Under the pieces are notes generated by a model, which saw nothing but the letters and a program-made list of their open reading frames with translations, did no database searches and had not been told where the DNA came from. The position numbers and the translations under genes were made by a program. From NCBI GenBank assembly GCA_964352335.1, contig CAYGRO010000002.1, positions 77,138-141,137 on the forward strand: a stretch of DNA of 64,000 bases, in the 5' to 3' direction. This DNA is from an uncultured Gammaproteobacteria bacterium (lineage in GTDB: Bacteria; Patescibacteriota; Patescibacteriia; VMEV01; CAYQCH01). Of the stretch, positions 55,843-64,000 are shown one piece after another; positions within the stretch are counted from its first letter, which is position 1; every line of letters starts with the position of its first letter.

Positions 55843-56391
55843 TTAAGCTTTACACAATATTTGAATCAATTGTTGATCTGCTCGTGAAACTTCTCTCCAG
55901 GCATCAATGATTTCGAACCCTACCGTTTCTAACAATGAAGCTAATTGCTCAGGTTGATAATAGACAATGGTCTGTTTTTCTTGTGAGAATGGCATTTGTT
56001 GATGAATTTCTTTTTTCCCTTCTCCCTCAATAAATGAAAGTGAAAATAAGCCATCTTGAACAAGCCAATCGATCATATGCTCAAAATAAGATTGCAATTG
56101 TTCAATTTCATAATGAATAAAAGATTGATGTGCCCAGATACCAGAAAAAGTTCTAAATGGAAATAATAGTTTATCGATACTATTGTAATACGTTTCTTTT
56201 GCAAAAGGATTTTGAATCTGTACCGCTGAGGGGTGTAGCTCTGCAACAATTAACTCGTGTCCGGTTTCGATGATTTCCTTTGAATATTGTGCACTGCCAG
56301 AATTCAATTCTAAAATAAGCCCCTCCTCTGGAAGCGCTTTTAAAAACTTTCGTAAAGCTTGTTCATATTTTAAAGGTGGGTTTTCATTCAT
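55843..56391 (-). CDS. Class I SAM-dependent methyltransferase (divergent)
   Basis: ILELNSGSA, FSGIWAHQSFIH and LVQDGLF motifs. Confidence 0.65.
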   Translation of the reverse strand: MNENPPLKYEQALRKFLKALPEEGLILELNSGSAQYSKEIIETGHELIVAELHPSAVQIQNPFAKETYYNSIDKLLFPFRTFSGIWAHQSFIHYEIEQLQSYFEHMIDWLVQDGLFSLSFIEGEGKKEIHQQMPFSQEKQTIVYYQPEQLASLLETVGFEIIDAWREVSRADQQLIQILCKA

Positions 56392-57180
56392 TTAAAAAAT
56401 GGAAACGAGTAGAAGTGCTAAGAGAATACGATAAGCCCCAAAATAATACAAGGCATTTTTTTCAATAACACGTTCTAGTAAATGAATGGCGATTAACCCA
56501 CTTAAAAATGAGCCTATTAATCCGATAAAAATAGGAGTATATGCGACCTCCCCAGCATTAGATTGATAAAGATCTAGAAAACTTAATAATCCTGCCCCCA
56601 AAATAACTGGTAATCCCATAAGAAAGGAAAATTTGATCGCATCTTTTCTTTCTATATTTAAAAAGTAACCAGCAGTAAGCGTAATTCCTGAGCGAGAAGT
56701 ACCAGGAATTAGTGCAAGTGCCTGCGCTAATCCAATCAGTAATCCTTGTTTTATTGTAATATCGGAAAAAGCAATTTTTTTCTTTTGTCGTTTTGCGTAG
56801 TATTCAGCAAGAATAAGAACAATTCCCCATGCAATAAGAGAGAAAAGAACAATTTTAAAAGACCTGCCATCAGTTGCAATATAGTCTCTTAAAAAGAACC
56901 CAGCAAAAATAGCAGGAAGAGTTGAAATAAGCAGTGCCCAGACAATTGTTTTTTTACCTTGTTTTTGAAAAAAATCCAGTATGATTTTTTTAAGATCAGA
57001 AAAAAAGTAGACCAGTACTGCTAATGATGTACCTAAATGAACAACAGCATCAAATGCAAGTCCTTGGTCTGGCCAATGAAAAAACTTTGGAATCAAAATC
57101 AAATGTCCAGAACTTGAAATAGGTAAAAACTCTGTAATCCCTTGAACAAGGCTTAAAACAATTGCATGAATTATTGTCAT
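56392..57180 (-). CDS. uppP: Undecaprenyl-diphosphatase
   Basis: QGITEFLPISSSGHL and QALALIPGTSRSG. Confidence 0.95.
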   Translation of the reverse strand: MTIIHAIVLSLVQGITEFLPISSSGHLILIPKFFHWPDQGLAFDAVVHLGTSLAVLVYFFSDLKKIILDFFQKQGKKTIVWALLISTLPAIFAGFFLRDYIATDGRSFKIVLFSLIAWGIVLILAEYYAKRQKKKIAFSDITIKQGLLIGLAQALALIPGTSRSGITLTAGYFLNIERKDAIKFSFLMGLPVILGAGLLSFLDLYQSNAGEVAYTPIFIGLIGSFLSGLIAIHLLERVIEKNALYYFGAYRILLALLLVSIF

Positions 57181-57182
57181 AA

Positions 57183-58175
57183 TTATTTATCTGAAAACCG
57201 AACAACCACAGTTGATTTTGGCAAAAGATCTGGTGTTAATTTTAAGTCATACAAAACACCAGCTTGAGCAAGATTTGGAATAGAAGATAAAAAAAGTGTC
57301 ATTGGAAAAGGAGCGTCATTCACGAGGTCTTTCCCATTTACATCTGGCTCTATAGATATCATAACTTCTGCACCAGCCAAATCTAATGGAAATGCTAAGT
57401 CAGAGAAGATACCAATTGGTGGGTCTTGTAAAAAATCTTCTCCAGGAAAACTTGGAGATGCGGAATCATTGGAACTAAACCTAGAAAAATTATCTGCGGT
57501 AGTTGAACTTCTAAAGCGACCAGTCGTTAATGTTTTTTCATCAATAATAGCCCAACCTTCGTAGATCCAACCTTGAGGTAATTGTGGTAATTGTAATTTA
57601 GAGTTATTTGAAATAACATCTCCAAACCAAATCCCGCTTCTTTCATTTACTAAAGCATTATTATCCGTTGGGGTCGCTAAAGAATACTGACCACTTGCTT
57701 CATCTAATCCTGCTCCCACATAAGCTAAAACTGTTCTATCATTTTTTATCTCCCCTTCTAAAAATGGGATAATAATAGGCTGTTGGATAATACGATCATC
57801 AAAAAGTGATAAACGAACGGATACTATATCTGTAATATCTGGAGGAAGCTGGATAACCCCATCTTTTATAACCTGACCAGAACTAAAAACCAATTCACCA
57901 GGCGCTCTATGTAAAATTTTTGAAAAACTATGTCTTTGCCCTTTCGCGTTTTCTACCTCTAGTAGATACCCTACATTATCTAAAATGGGTAATGATTGAG
58001 GGAAAAATTGAATACCTGTGGCAATAGGCACCGTTCTTCTGACAACACCATCTAGGTTAGGTCTCTGATTAATATAGAGCTGATACCCCAAAGCAAGAAT
58101 AGCGACAACAGCCAAAGTGACTGTTCCCGAAGTTAAACGACCATAACCAGATTGTGATCTCAATAATTTGAACAT
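57183..58175 (-). CDS. Membrane-anchored hypothetical protein with YEGW/PGEDFL domain
   Basis: LPQLPQGWIYEGW, TTGRF, FPGEDFL and ISIEP motifs. Confidence 0.55.
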   Translation of the reverse strand: MFKLLRSQSGYGRLTSGTVTLAVVAILALGYQLYINQRPNLDGVVRRTVPIATGIQFFPQSLPILDNVGYLLEVENAKGQRHSFSKILHRAPGELVFSSGQVIKDGVIQLPPDITDIVSVRLSLFDDRIIQQPIIIPFLEGEIKNDRTVLAYVGAGLDEASGQYSLATPTDNNALVNERSGIWFGDVISNNSKLQLPQLPQGWIYEGWAIIDEKTLTTGRFRSSTTADNFSRFSSNDSASPSFPGEDFLQDPPIGIFSDLAFPLDLAGAEVMISIEPDVNGKDLVNDAPFPMTLFLSSIPNLAQAGVLYDLKLTPDLLPKSTVVVRFSDK

Positions 58176-58183
58176 TTTTTTAT

Positions 58184-58474
58184 TTATGGATAGATTTGTA
58201 TTCCTTCTTCATCATATAAAATAACAGCTGCTACTGGGCAAGCTTGAGCTGATTCAAGCAATGTTTCAAAATCGACATCTAGAGCCCCTTCTTTAACAAC
58301 GGCTATATTTTCATCATCCATATAATAAGCATCTGGCGCAACAACAACACAACTTTCTGCACCAATACAAAGATCACGATCGACCTCTACTTTGCCAATT
58401 TTTTTTGAACTCGAAGCAGCTGTTGAATCAGTTTTTTGTGGAATAGATGGGTTTTGTACGAGGTCTAGTGACAT
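58184..58474 (-). CDS. Single-cluster ferredoxin
   Basis: DRDLCIGAESCVVVAP...AQACPVAAV. Confidence 0.85.
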   Translation of the reverse strand: MSLDLVQNPSIPQKTDSTAASSSKKIGKVEVDRDLCIGAESCVVVAPDAYYMDDENIAVVKEGALDVDFETLLESAQACPVAAVILYDEEGIQIYP

Positions 58475-58480
58475 AATATG

Positions 58481-58945
58481 TTAACTTAATTTTTCAGAAA
58501 TAGATTTCCACATCCCTTTAAATTCTTTTGATAGCTTGTTCAATTTTGGTTGCATTTTTTTACTTCTTGTTGCTTTTTTGACAGCAGAGTCAACAATTTC
58601 TTCGAATCGTTTTTTTGTCATTTCTCCTTTGTATTTAGAAACACGAGCAAGAATATCTGCTTTTGCTTTTGTAAAAATACGTAAAGTTTCTGGCGAGACT
58701 TCACCAAGAGTTTTTTCAATCATTGCATCAGCTTGCTTTTTTGTTATTTTCAATTGTTTCCAAAGCTTATGTGACTCACGCATTAAATCATCTTGCAATT
58801 CTTTTCCTTTTTTCGGAGCTTTTAATAAACCAACAGTCACACCAATAATTCCACCAAGTGCTAATGCAACTGTTGCAATAGAAGCTGACTTTTTGGCTCT
58901 GCTTACTGCAGATGGCTGTTTTTTCTCTTTTTTGTTTTTTGTCAT
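58481..58945 (-). CDS. YtxH-like protein
   Basis: GGIIGVTVGLLKAPKKGKEL. Confidence 0.7.
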   Translation of the reverse strand: MTKNKKEKKQPSAVSRAKKSASIATVALALGGIIGVTVGLLKAPKKGKELQDDLMRESHKLWKQLKITKKQADAMIEKTLGEVSPETLRIFTKAKADILARVSKYKGEMTKKRFEEIVDSAVKKATRSKKMQPKLNKLSKEFKGMWKSISEKLS

Positions 58946-59007
58946 ATTAGTATTTTATCTTGCCTTAAAATATGGCATTAATAGGTAAAAATATAAATTA
59001 TCTACGC

Positions 59008-61086
59008 TCATAATTTCACAGTTTGACCAGGTTGTAAAGATTGTGATTCTTCTTTATTATCACCTTCTTTTTCTTTTACTTGACCATGCTGTAATGTGAC
59101 AGTTTTATTTGTAAGCTCGTTCAATTTCATTTCTTTTGATGGAATTTCGTTTTGAGCCTCTTCTGGAGAAGATATGCCATCACGTGGTGATAAAACCTTT
59201 TTTTCTTGTTTTTCAGGTTTTACTGAGTTTGAATTATTCTCAGGTTTCTTTTCAATAACTTTTGATTTCTTTCCTTCTTTTTGTTTATCCCTTCTTTTTT
59301 TTAAACAATCAGAACAATAAATGGGTTTATTTGGATCTGGATCGAAAGGAACACTGTCTTTTTTCCCACAATCGTCACAGGTAATTTCAAATTGCTTTAA
59401 TTGTTTTTTAGGCTTTGTCGTCTCCGACTTTGGTTTTGGTATTGGAGCAGAAGTTGTTTTTTTTGCCACCTCCTTCTTTGGTTCTGATTCTGTTTTTTTA
59501 ATGACGGGAGGTGTTTTAGGCCCTGAACTTGCCACCTCTTTTTGATCTTCCGCATCATCTGCATCGTAGTCTTCATCATCAGCATCTCTTCCAACAATAT
59601 CCCCAATATCCACATCAATATTTTCACTTAAGTCTACCATTGCCTGAGTTAACTGACGCACAATTTCAACTGCATCTGCATTTCCCATTTTTGCAAGTTG
59701 TTCGTATTCTGGTAACAGTTTTTCAATTTTTTTAATTTTCTTTTTATTACGCTTCTTTTTTCGCTTTTCTTCATCTTTAACGCCTTCTTCATCTGGCGTT
59801 GCCATACCTGACCATTCAAGAATTTCTCTTTCAACATCTTCTCTGCTATTTGAATATTTTTCTCGTGTCCTGTCGATAACTTTTTGTGCATTCCCAGTAT
59901 TTCCTGAAAACGGAGCCAATCCGACAGCACTAAAAGGTTCAGAAGCAATCCCATTTATCATTAACTTTAAATAACAATTATACTTTGGGATATTCACCAA
60001 ATCTTCTTCTATATACCTTGGTGTAAATTCTTTCACTAATTCATCTGCATCTGCGGCCCCAATCCTAAAGAGAATCATTGTTCCAACGTTTCCAAATACA
60101 GCAGCTTTTACAACATCCCCTAATTGTTCAACATATTGATGAGCAATAATAAGATTTAATCGGTACTTTCGGGCTTCAGACAAAATATTCGCGAAACTTT
60201 CTGTTGCAAAGTTTTGAAACTCATCTACATAAAGATAAAAATCCTTTCGTGTTTCTTCATCGATATCTACACGACTCATCGCAGCTAATTGGATTTTTGT
60301 AATCATCATAGCCCCTAAAAGCGCCGCATTATCTTCTCCAATTCGCCCTTTAGACAGATTGAACAAAATGATTTTTTCATTATCCATTGCTTCTCGAATA
60401 TTTATTGAAGAAGATGTTTGTCCAATAACGTTCCTGATTAATGAACTAGATAAAAATTGTCCAACTTTATTTTGAATAGGAGAAATTGCTTCCGTTAAGA
60501 ACTGTTGATTATATTTAGAAAATTCATCTACCCAAAATGATTTAACAACAGGATCTTGAATTTTTGCAATCACTTTTTTTCTAAAATTATTGTCAACAAA
60601 CATTCGAGGAATCCCTAGTAATGTTGCATCTTGATAATCGAGTAAAGCTAAAATTACGTTTCTCAATAAATATTCAAGCCGAGGCCCCCAACTATCTGCC
60701 CAAATCTTTTTAAACACCCCGACAAGCCCAGAAGCAACTAAATGACGATATTGAGGCTCCACCTTTTCAACCACATTAAAAGCAATAGGAAAATCCATAT
60801 CTGAAGGATTGAAATAAATCACATCATCTATACGATTGTCTGGAATAAGTTTGATCACTTTTTCTACTAAATCTCCATGCGGATCTACAAGCGCTAAACC
60901 TTTGTTATTATAAATATCTTGAATAACAAGATTTTCAATCATGGTAGATTTACCCATCCCTGTTTTTCCAATCAAATACATATGACGGCGGCGATCGTCT
61001 CTCATAATACCAAATCGCTGACGAGCATTTCTAAAATTTGTTTCGCCAACAAAGGTAATTTCAGGATGAATTGGTATCAAGCCCAT
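59008..61086 (-). CDS. VirD4/TraD/HerA-like P-loop ATPase with C-terminal CxxC-x17-CxxC domain
   Basis: RRHMYLIGKTGMGKS, DPHGD, YVDEFQNF, EARKYRL; CDDC...PIYCSDC. Confidence 0.85.
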   Translation of the reverse strand: MGLIPIHPEITFVGETNFRNARQRFGIMRDDRRRHMYLIGKTGMGKSTMIENLVIQDIYNNKGLALVDPHGDLVEKVIKLIPDNRIDDVIYFNPSDMDFPIAFNVVEKVEPQYRHLVASGLVGVFKKIWADSWGPRLEYLLRNVILALLDYQDATLLGIPRMFVDNNFRKKVIAKIQDPVVKSFWVDEFSKYNQQFLTEAISPIQNKVGQFLSSSLIRNVIGQTSSSINIREAMDNEKIILFNLSKGRIGEDNAALLGAMMITKIQLAAMSRVDIDEETRKDFYLYVDEFQNFATESFANILSEARKYRLNLIIAHQYVEQLGDVVKAAVFGNVGTMILFRIGAADADELVKEFTPRYIEEDLVNIPKYNCYLKLMINGIASEPFSAVGLAPFSGNTGNAQKVIDRTREKYSNSREDVEREILEWSGMATPDEEGVKDEEKRKKKRNKKKIKKIEKLLPEYEQLAKMGNADAVEIVRQLTQAMVDLSENIDVDIGDIVGRDADDEDYDADDAEDQKEVASSGPKTPPVIKKTESEPKKEVAKKTTSAPIPKPKSETTKPKKQLKQFEITCDDCGKKDSVPFDPDPNKPIYCSDCLKKRRDKQKEGKKSKVIEKKPENNSNSVKPEKQEKKVLSPRDGISSPEEAQNEIPSKEMKLNELTNKTVTLQHGQVKEKEGDNKEESQSLQPGQTVKL

Positions 61087-61115
61087 AGGATGTAAAAGGA
61101 TAATGTGTAAAGGAT

Positions 61116-62666
61116 TTAGCTATTGTCTGTATCGTCTGGAATTTGAATATATTTAACTTGTGAATCATCTGGCATAATAGGATCCGACATAGGTGCTTCT
61201 GGTTGAGCTGGAATATTTTTGAGTAATTCATTGGCAACAGGAATATTAGCTACAGTACCTGAAAGCGGGCTAAAAGGAATTTGTAATTCTGGGGGTTCTG
61301 GCGCGGTATCAGGTAATGGCATACTAATTCCACCAATATCTCCTGTTGGTAATGTAGTTGGTGGCTCACTCTTTTTAGCACCAGTACGTTTTACCAATGG
61401 AGCTTTCACACTCATCATTGGGAAATGATAAATGGTTGCAAGCTCTTCTGAATTTAAGACGAACTTACCAGGAGTATCACCAGCATAGGTACTTCTCCCT
61501 GAAATAGCTGCATAAAAAGAATTTTGTCTTTGATAAATACGTGCTTTTTTAAACCAATAATTTGCTTTAGTCCAAGATCTTTTTTCTACTTTTAATCGAT
61601 TCTTGCTGGCATCTTCAAATTGTTTAATCGCTCCAACAACAGGACCTACTCCTCTTGCTTTACTGTAAACTGAATGTTTTGCAAAATAGGCAATCCTAAT
61701 ACGACATTTATACGCGAGCTTTCCTGTTTTTCTTTCCATATCTTCTAAAACAGTTCTTTCCCCTGGCGTTAATTTAAACATGGGACTTTTACCAATTTCA
61801 TCCGTATTATCGTCACCACTACTAGATACGGTTAATTCAGTTCCCGTTGTAGCATCTAATGTTTTAACAAGTAAATGTGGAATATCTAAAAGAAATCCAA
61901 GAATACCACCTCGCTTTTTTAATTTTAAAGGTCTATCAATCATCTTATTAATTTCATTTTGCGCATCCGGAACCCAATCAGGTTCTACAATTGGAATTGC
62001 AAGTATTTGATACCAAATTTGTTCACCTTTTCCAATTTTACTCATGATTTCTAATAATGCTCCCATTGGATCAATAAGTTCTCCACGAAGCTTATCTTCG
62101 AATTCATTATAGGTTTTGATAGGATAGGCATTTGGTTTATCTAGAGCATATCCTGTTCCAAAAAACTCCCAATCTTTATTTGGCCAAACTGATGGAACAT
62201 CTTTTGTATAATCTTTTACTTCACTAACTTCAGCGTCTGGATATTGTGCATAAACAGCCGCTTCAACAAGATCCCTCCAAGATTCTGGACAACGAATAAT
62301 ATATTGCACATATCCTTCTAAACTCACGATTTCAAAAGAGAACCAATCTTGAAACTCACCACCAATTTTTTCTTCTACCCAAGTCGATGTACCATGAGCA
62401 CCTGCTAATTGATTAAAAATAGCTTCCATTGCTGCTGGTGATTGTTCTGTTATCGCTGGAACATCAACAGCAAGAAAGATAAACCTTCTTGACCGTGCTG
62501 AATAAATACCCGAGGTCCAAAACTGAAAAGCTTCCCAAACCTCGTCTAAAAACCATTTAAAAAAAATAAGCCAGACACCATTTACAAATAACAAAGCAAC
62601 CAACTTCCATGTCGGCTGAGTAATCCAATTAAAGATCCAATCAATGGATGTAAATGAAATCGGCAT
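61116..62666 (-). CDS. Membrane-anchored partner of the VirD4-like ATPase
   Basis: N-terminal TM; FSFEIVS, AQYPDAEV, YPIKTY and LNSEELATIYHFP; directly upstream of the ATPase. Confidence 0.65.
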   Translation of the reverse strand: MPISFTSIDWIFNWITQPTWKLVALLFVNGVWLIFFKWFLDEVWEAFQFWTSGIYSARSRRFIFLAVDVPAITEQSPAAMEAIFNQLAGAHGTSTWVEEKIGGEFQDWFSFEIVSLEGYVQYIIRCPESWRDLVEAAVYAQYPDAEVSEVKDYTKDVPSVWPNKDWEFFGTGYALDKPNAYPIKTYNEFEDKLRGELIDPMGALLEIMSKIGKGEQIWYQILAIPIVEPDWVPDAQNEINKMIDRPLKLKKRGGILGFLLDIPHLLVKTLDATTGTELTVSSSGDDNTDEIGKSPMFKLTPGERTVLEDMERKTGKLAYKCRIRIAYFAKHSVYSKARGVGPVVGAIKQFEDASKNRLKVEKRSWTKANYWFKKARIYQRQNSFYAAISGRSTYAGDTPGKFVLNSEELATIYHFPMMSVKAPLVKRTGAKKSEPPTTLPTGDIGGISMPLPDTAPEPPELQIPFSPLSGTVANIPVANELLKNIPAQPEAPMSDPIMPDDSQVKYIQIPDDTDNS

Positions 62667-62779
62667 AATTGTATTTTAGCATGAATCTTCTTTTCTCGAG
62701 AAGTCTTCTTTCTATTTTTTAATAACAAAAAGCAGGGTATAAAACCCCGCTTGTAAATTGTTTATGATAGTTATAGTTA

Positions 62780-63880
62780 TTATGCACTTGCCAAACTATA
62801 TTTACCACCATCTACTTTATTGAATCGATTTTTATTCATCAAAGCTAAGTGAATTGTACTTTTTCCAACAATTCGTTGATTTAATACACGTTCAACAATT
62901 TCATCTCGTGATAATGGTTTTTCAGCTTCACCTAAGACTCGTTGAATAACATCTGCAACAACACCAGGTTCATATCCCCATTCAGATAAGGCATAAATAC
63001 CTCGTCCAACAAGAACATATTTATCATCTAAGATCAGTTCATTATGAACAGTCGCTGGATATGCTGTTTTGTGATCAAATTGCAATTTATTAATCTGTTC
63101 AGCAATATCTGTGAAATGTAACGGCTTTTTAAGATGTTTTAAGACAAGATGAATTTTATCATTCATTCGTTTTGGAGTAATACTATTCCAATCTGATTTA
63201 CCCCAATGTCCAAAAATATTTTGCTTTAATCTCTTTGAAATCCTTAAATGACCTCTCACTTTTGCTTCTGAATGACCAGTTAATGATTCAAGCAATGCTT
63301 TAATTAAAGCATCTTCTTCAATTGGTTCTGAATGAGAGTCAATATACTTAATGAGCTCTTTAATAAGATCATTAATATGTTGCTCTTCTACGATCGATAA
63401 TTTCCATGAACGTTGAAAATGATCAGCTTTATGAAAAAGATCAAATTGTTCATGCAATAATTTATCCATGAAGAATAATAAAATTGAACGATGAACAGTG
63501 CTTTCTTCATTTCTAGACAAAGCTAAGTCTAAAAGATGATTCTCTTCTAAAACTCCACCATGTTGTTCTAAAACTTGAAATAAAACAGTTTGAACTTGTT
63601 TTAATAAATCTGATAATTCTTCTAATTTTCGAAGCTTTTTAATACTTCCAGTCTCGATTTGACGAACACGTTCTCGTGTAACACCAAAATGTTTTCCAAT
63701 CACTTCTAATGTTTGTGGATCATTTCCTGTTAAACCAAATCGGCGACTTAAAACCTCTTGTTCTCTCTCATTTAATTCTTGAAACAAAGTTAATAATACC
63801 GCTTGAGGATCAAACTGGTTCAAGTCTTCGGCTTGTTTATTCTCCATCACCTTATCTAGAATAGATTCCTTGAAATCCAT
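62780..63880 (-). CDS. Sigma-70 region 4 HTH fused to C-terminal winged-HTH (HARE-HTH/RpoE-delta-like) domains
   Basis: REQEVLSRRFGL..TLEVIG..FGVTRERVRQIE; PLHFTDIA, TVHNELI..YVLVGRGIYAL.EWG. Confidence 0.75.
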   Translation of the reverse strand: MDFKESILDKVMENKQAEDLNQFDPQAVLLTLFQELNEREQEVLSRRFGLTGNDPQTLEVIGKHFGVTRERVRQIETGSIKKLRKLEELSDLLKQVQTVLFQVLEQHGGVLEENHLLDLALSRNEESTVHRSILLFFMDKLLHEQFDLFHKADHFQRSWKLSIVEEQHINDLIKELIKYIDSHSEPIEEDALIKALLESLTGHSEAKVRGHLRISKRLKQNIFGHWGKSDWNSITPKRMNDKIHLVLKHLKKPLHFTDIAEQINKLQFDHKTAYPATVHNELILDDKYVLVGRGIYALSEWGYEPGVVADVIQRVLGEAEKPLSRDEIVERVLNQRIVGKSTIHLALMNKNRFNKVDGGKYSLASA

Positions 63881-64000
63881 ATCGGTACTTATTAATTACA
63901 ATAGACTGAGAAACAACTAAACTGTCTAGCTGTTTTATAGACATGATTCATAAAAATTAGTCTAATATGCTCAACGGGACTAATATAGCATAAATAAACT

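Overview
This is a low-GC bacterial chromosome segment with nearly all genes on the minus strand. The gene content points to Patescibacteria/CPR, probably an ABY1-like lineage (inference): RpoA without an alpha-CTD, a DUF5667-type anti-sigma, CPR-type surface-repeat proteins and a solo VirD4-like ATPase. Housekeeping genes are murJ, ftsE/ftsX, a polysaccharide/glycosylation cluster, mfd, rnhA, recJ, lepA, the infA-rpmJ-rpsM-rpsK-rpsD-rpoA-rplQ-rplM-rpsI block, alaS, mnmA and uppP, plus tRNA-Gln(TTG) and RNase P RNA. The most striking unexplained signal is at 1578-3125. Two tandem plus-strand transcription units each have a near-consensus sigma70 promoter and a 3' hairpin, carry no credible ORF, and fold into dense multi-junction structures (about 415 nt and about 900 nt) with strand-specific G-U pairs, GNRA/UUCG loops and long-range pairings. 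These are candidate undescribed large ncRNAs. Other notable items are a leader-peptide attenuator upstream of an ATP-grasp gene, a tRNA-Gln/GIY-YIG cassette in which palindromic repeats interrupt duplicate tRNA fragments, REP-like hairpins inside RNase P RNA, an 11-mer repeat with 18-bp period, and unannotated microproteins. All structure calls were made by eye, and no searches were run.
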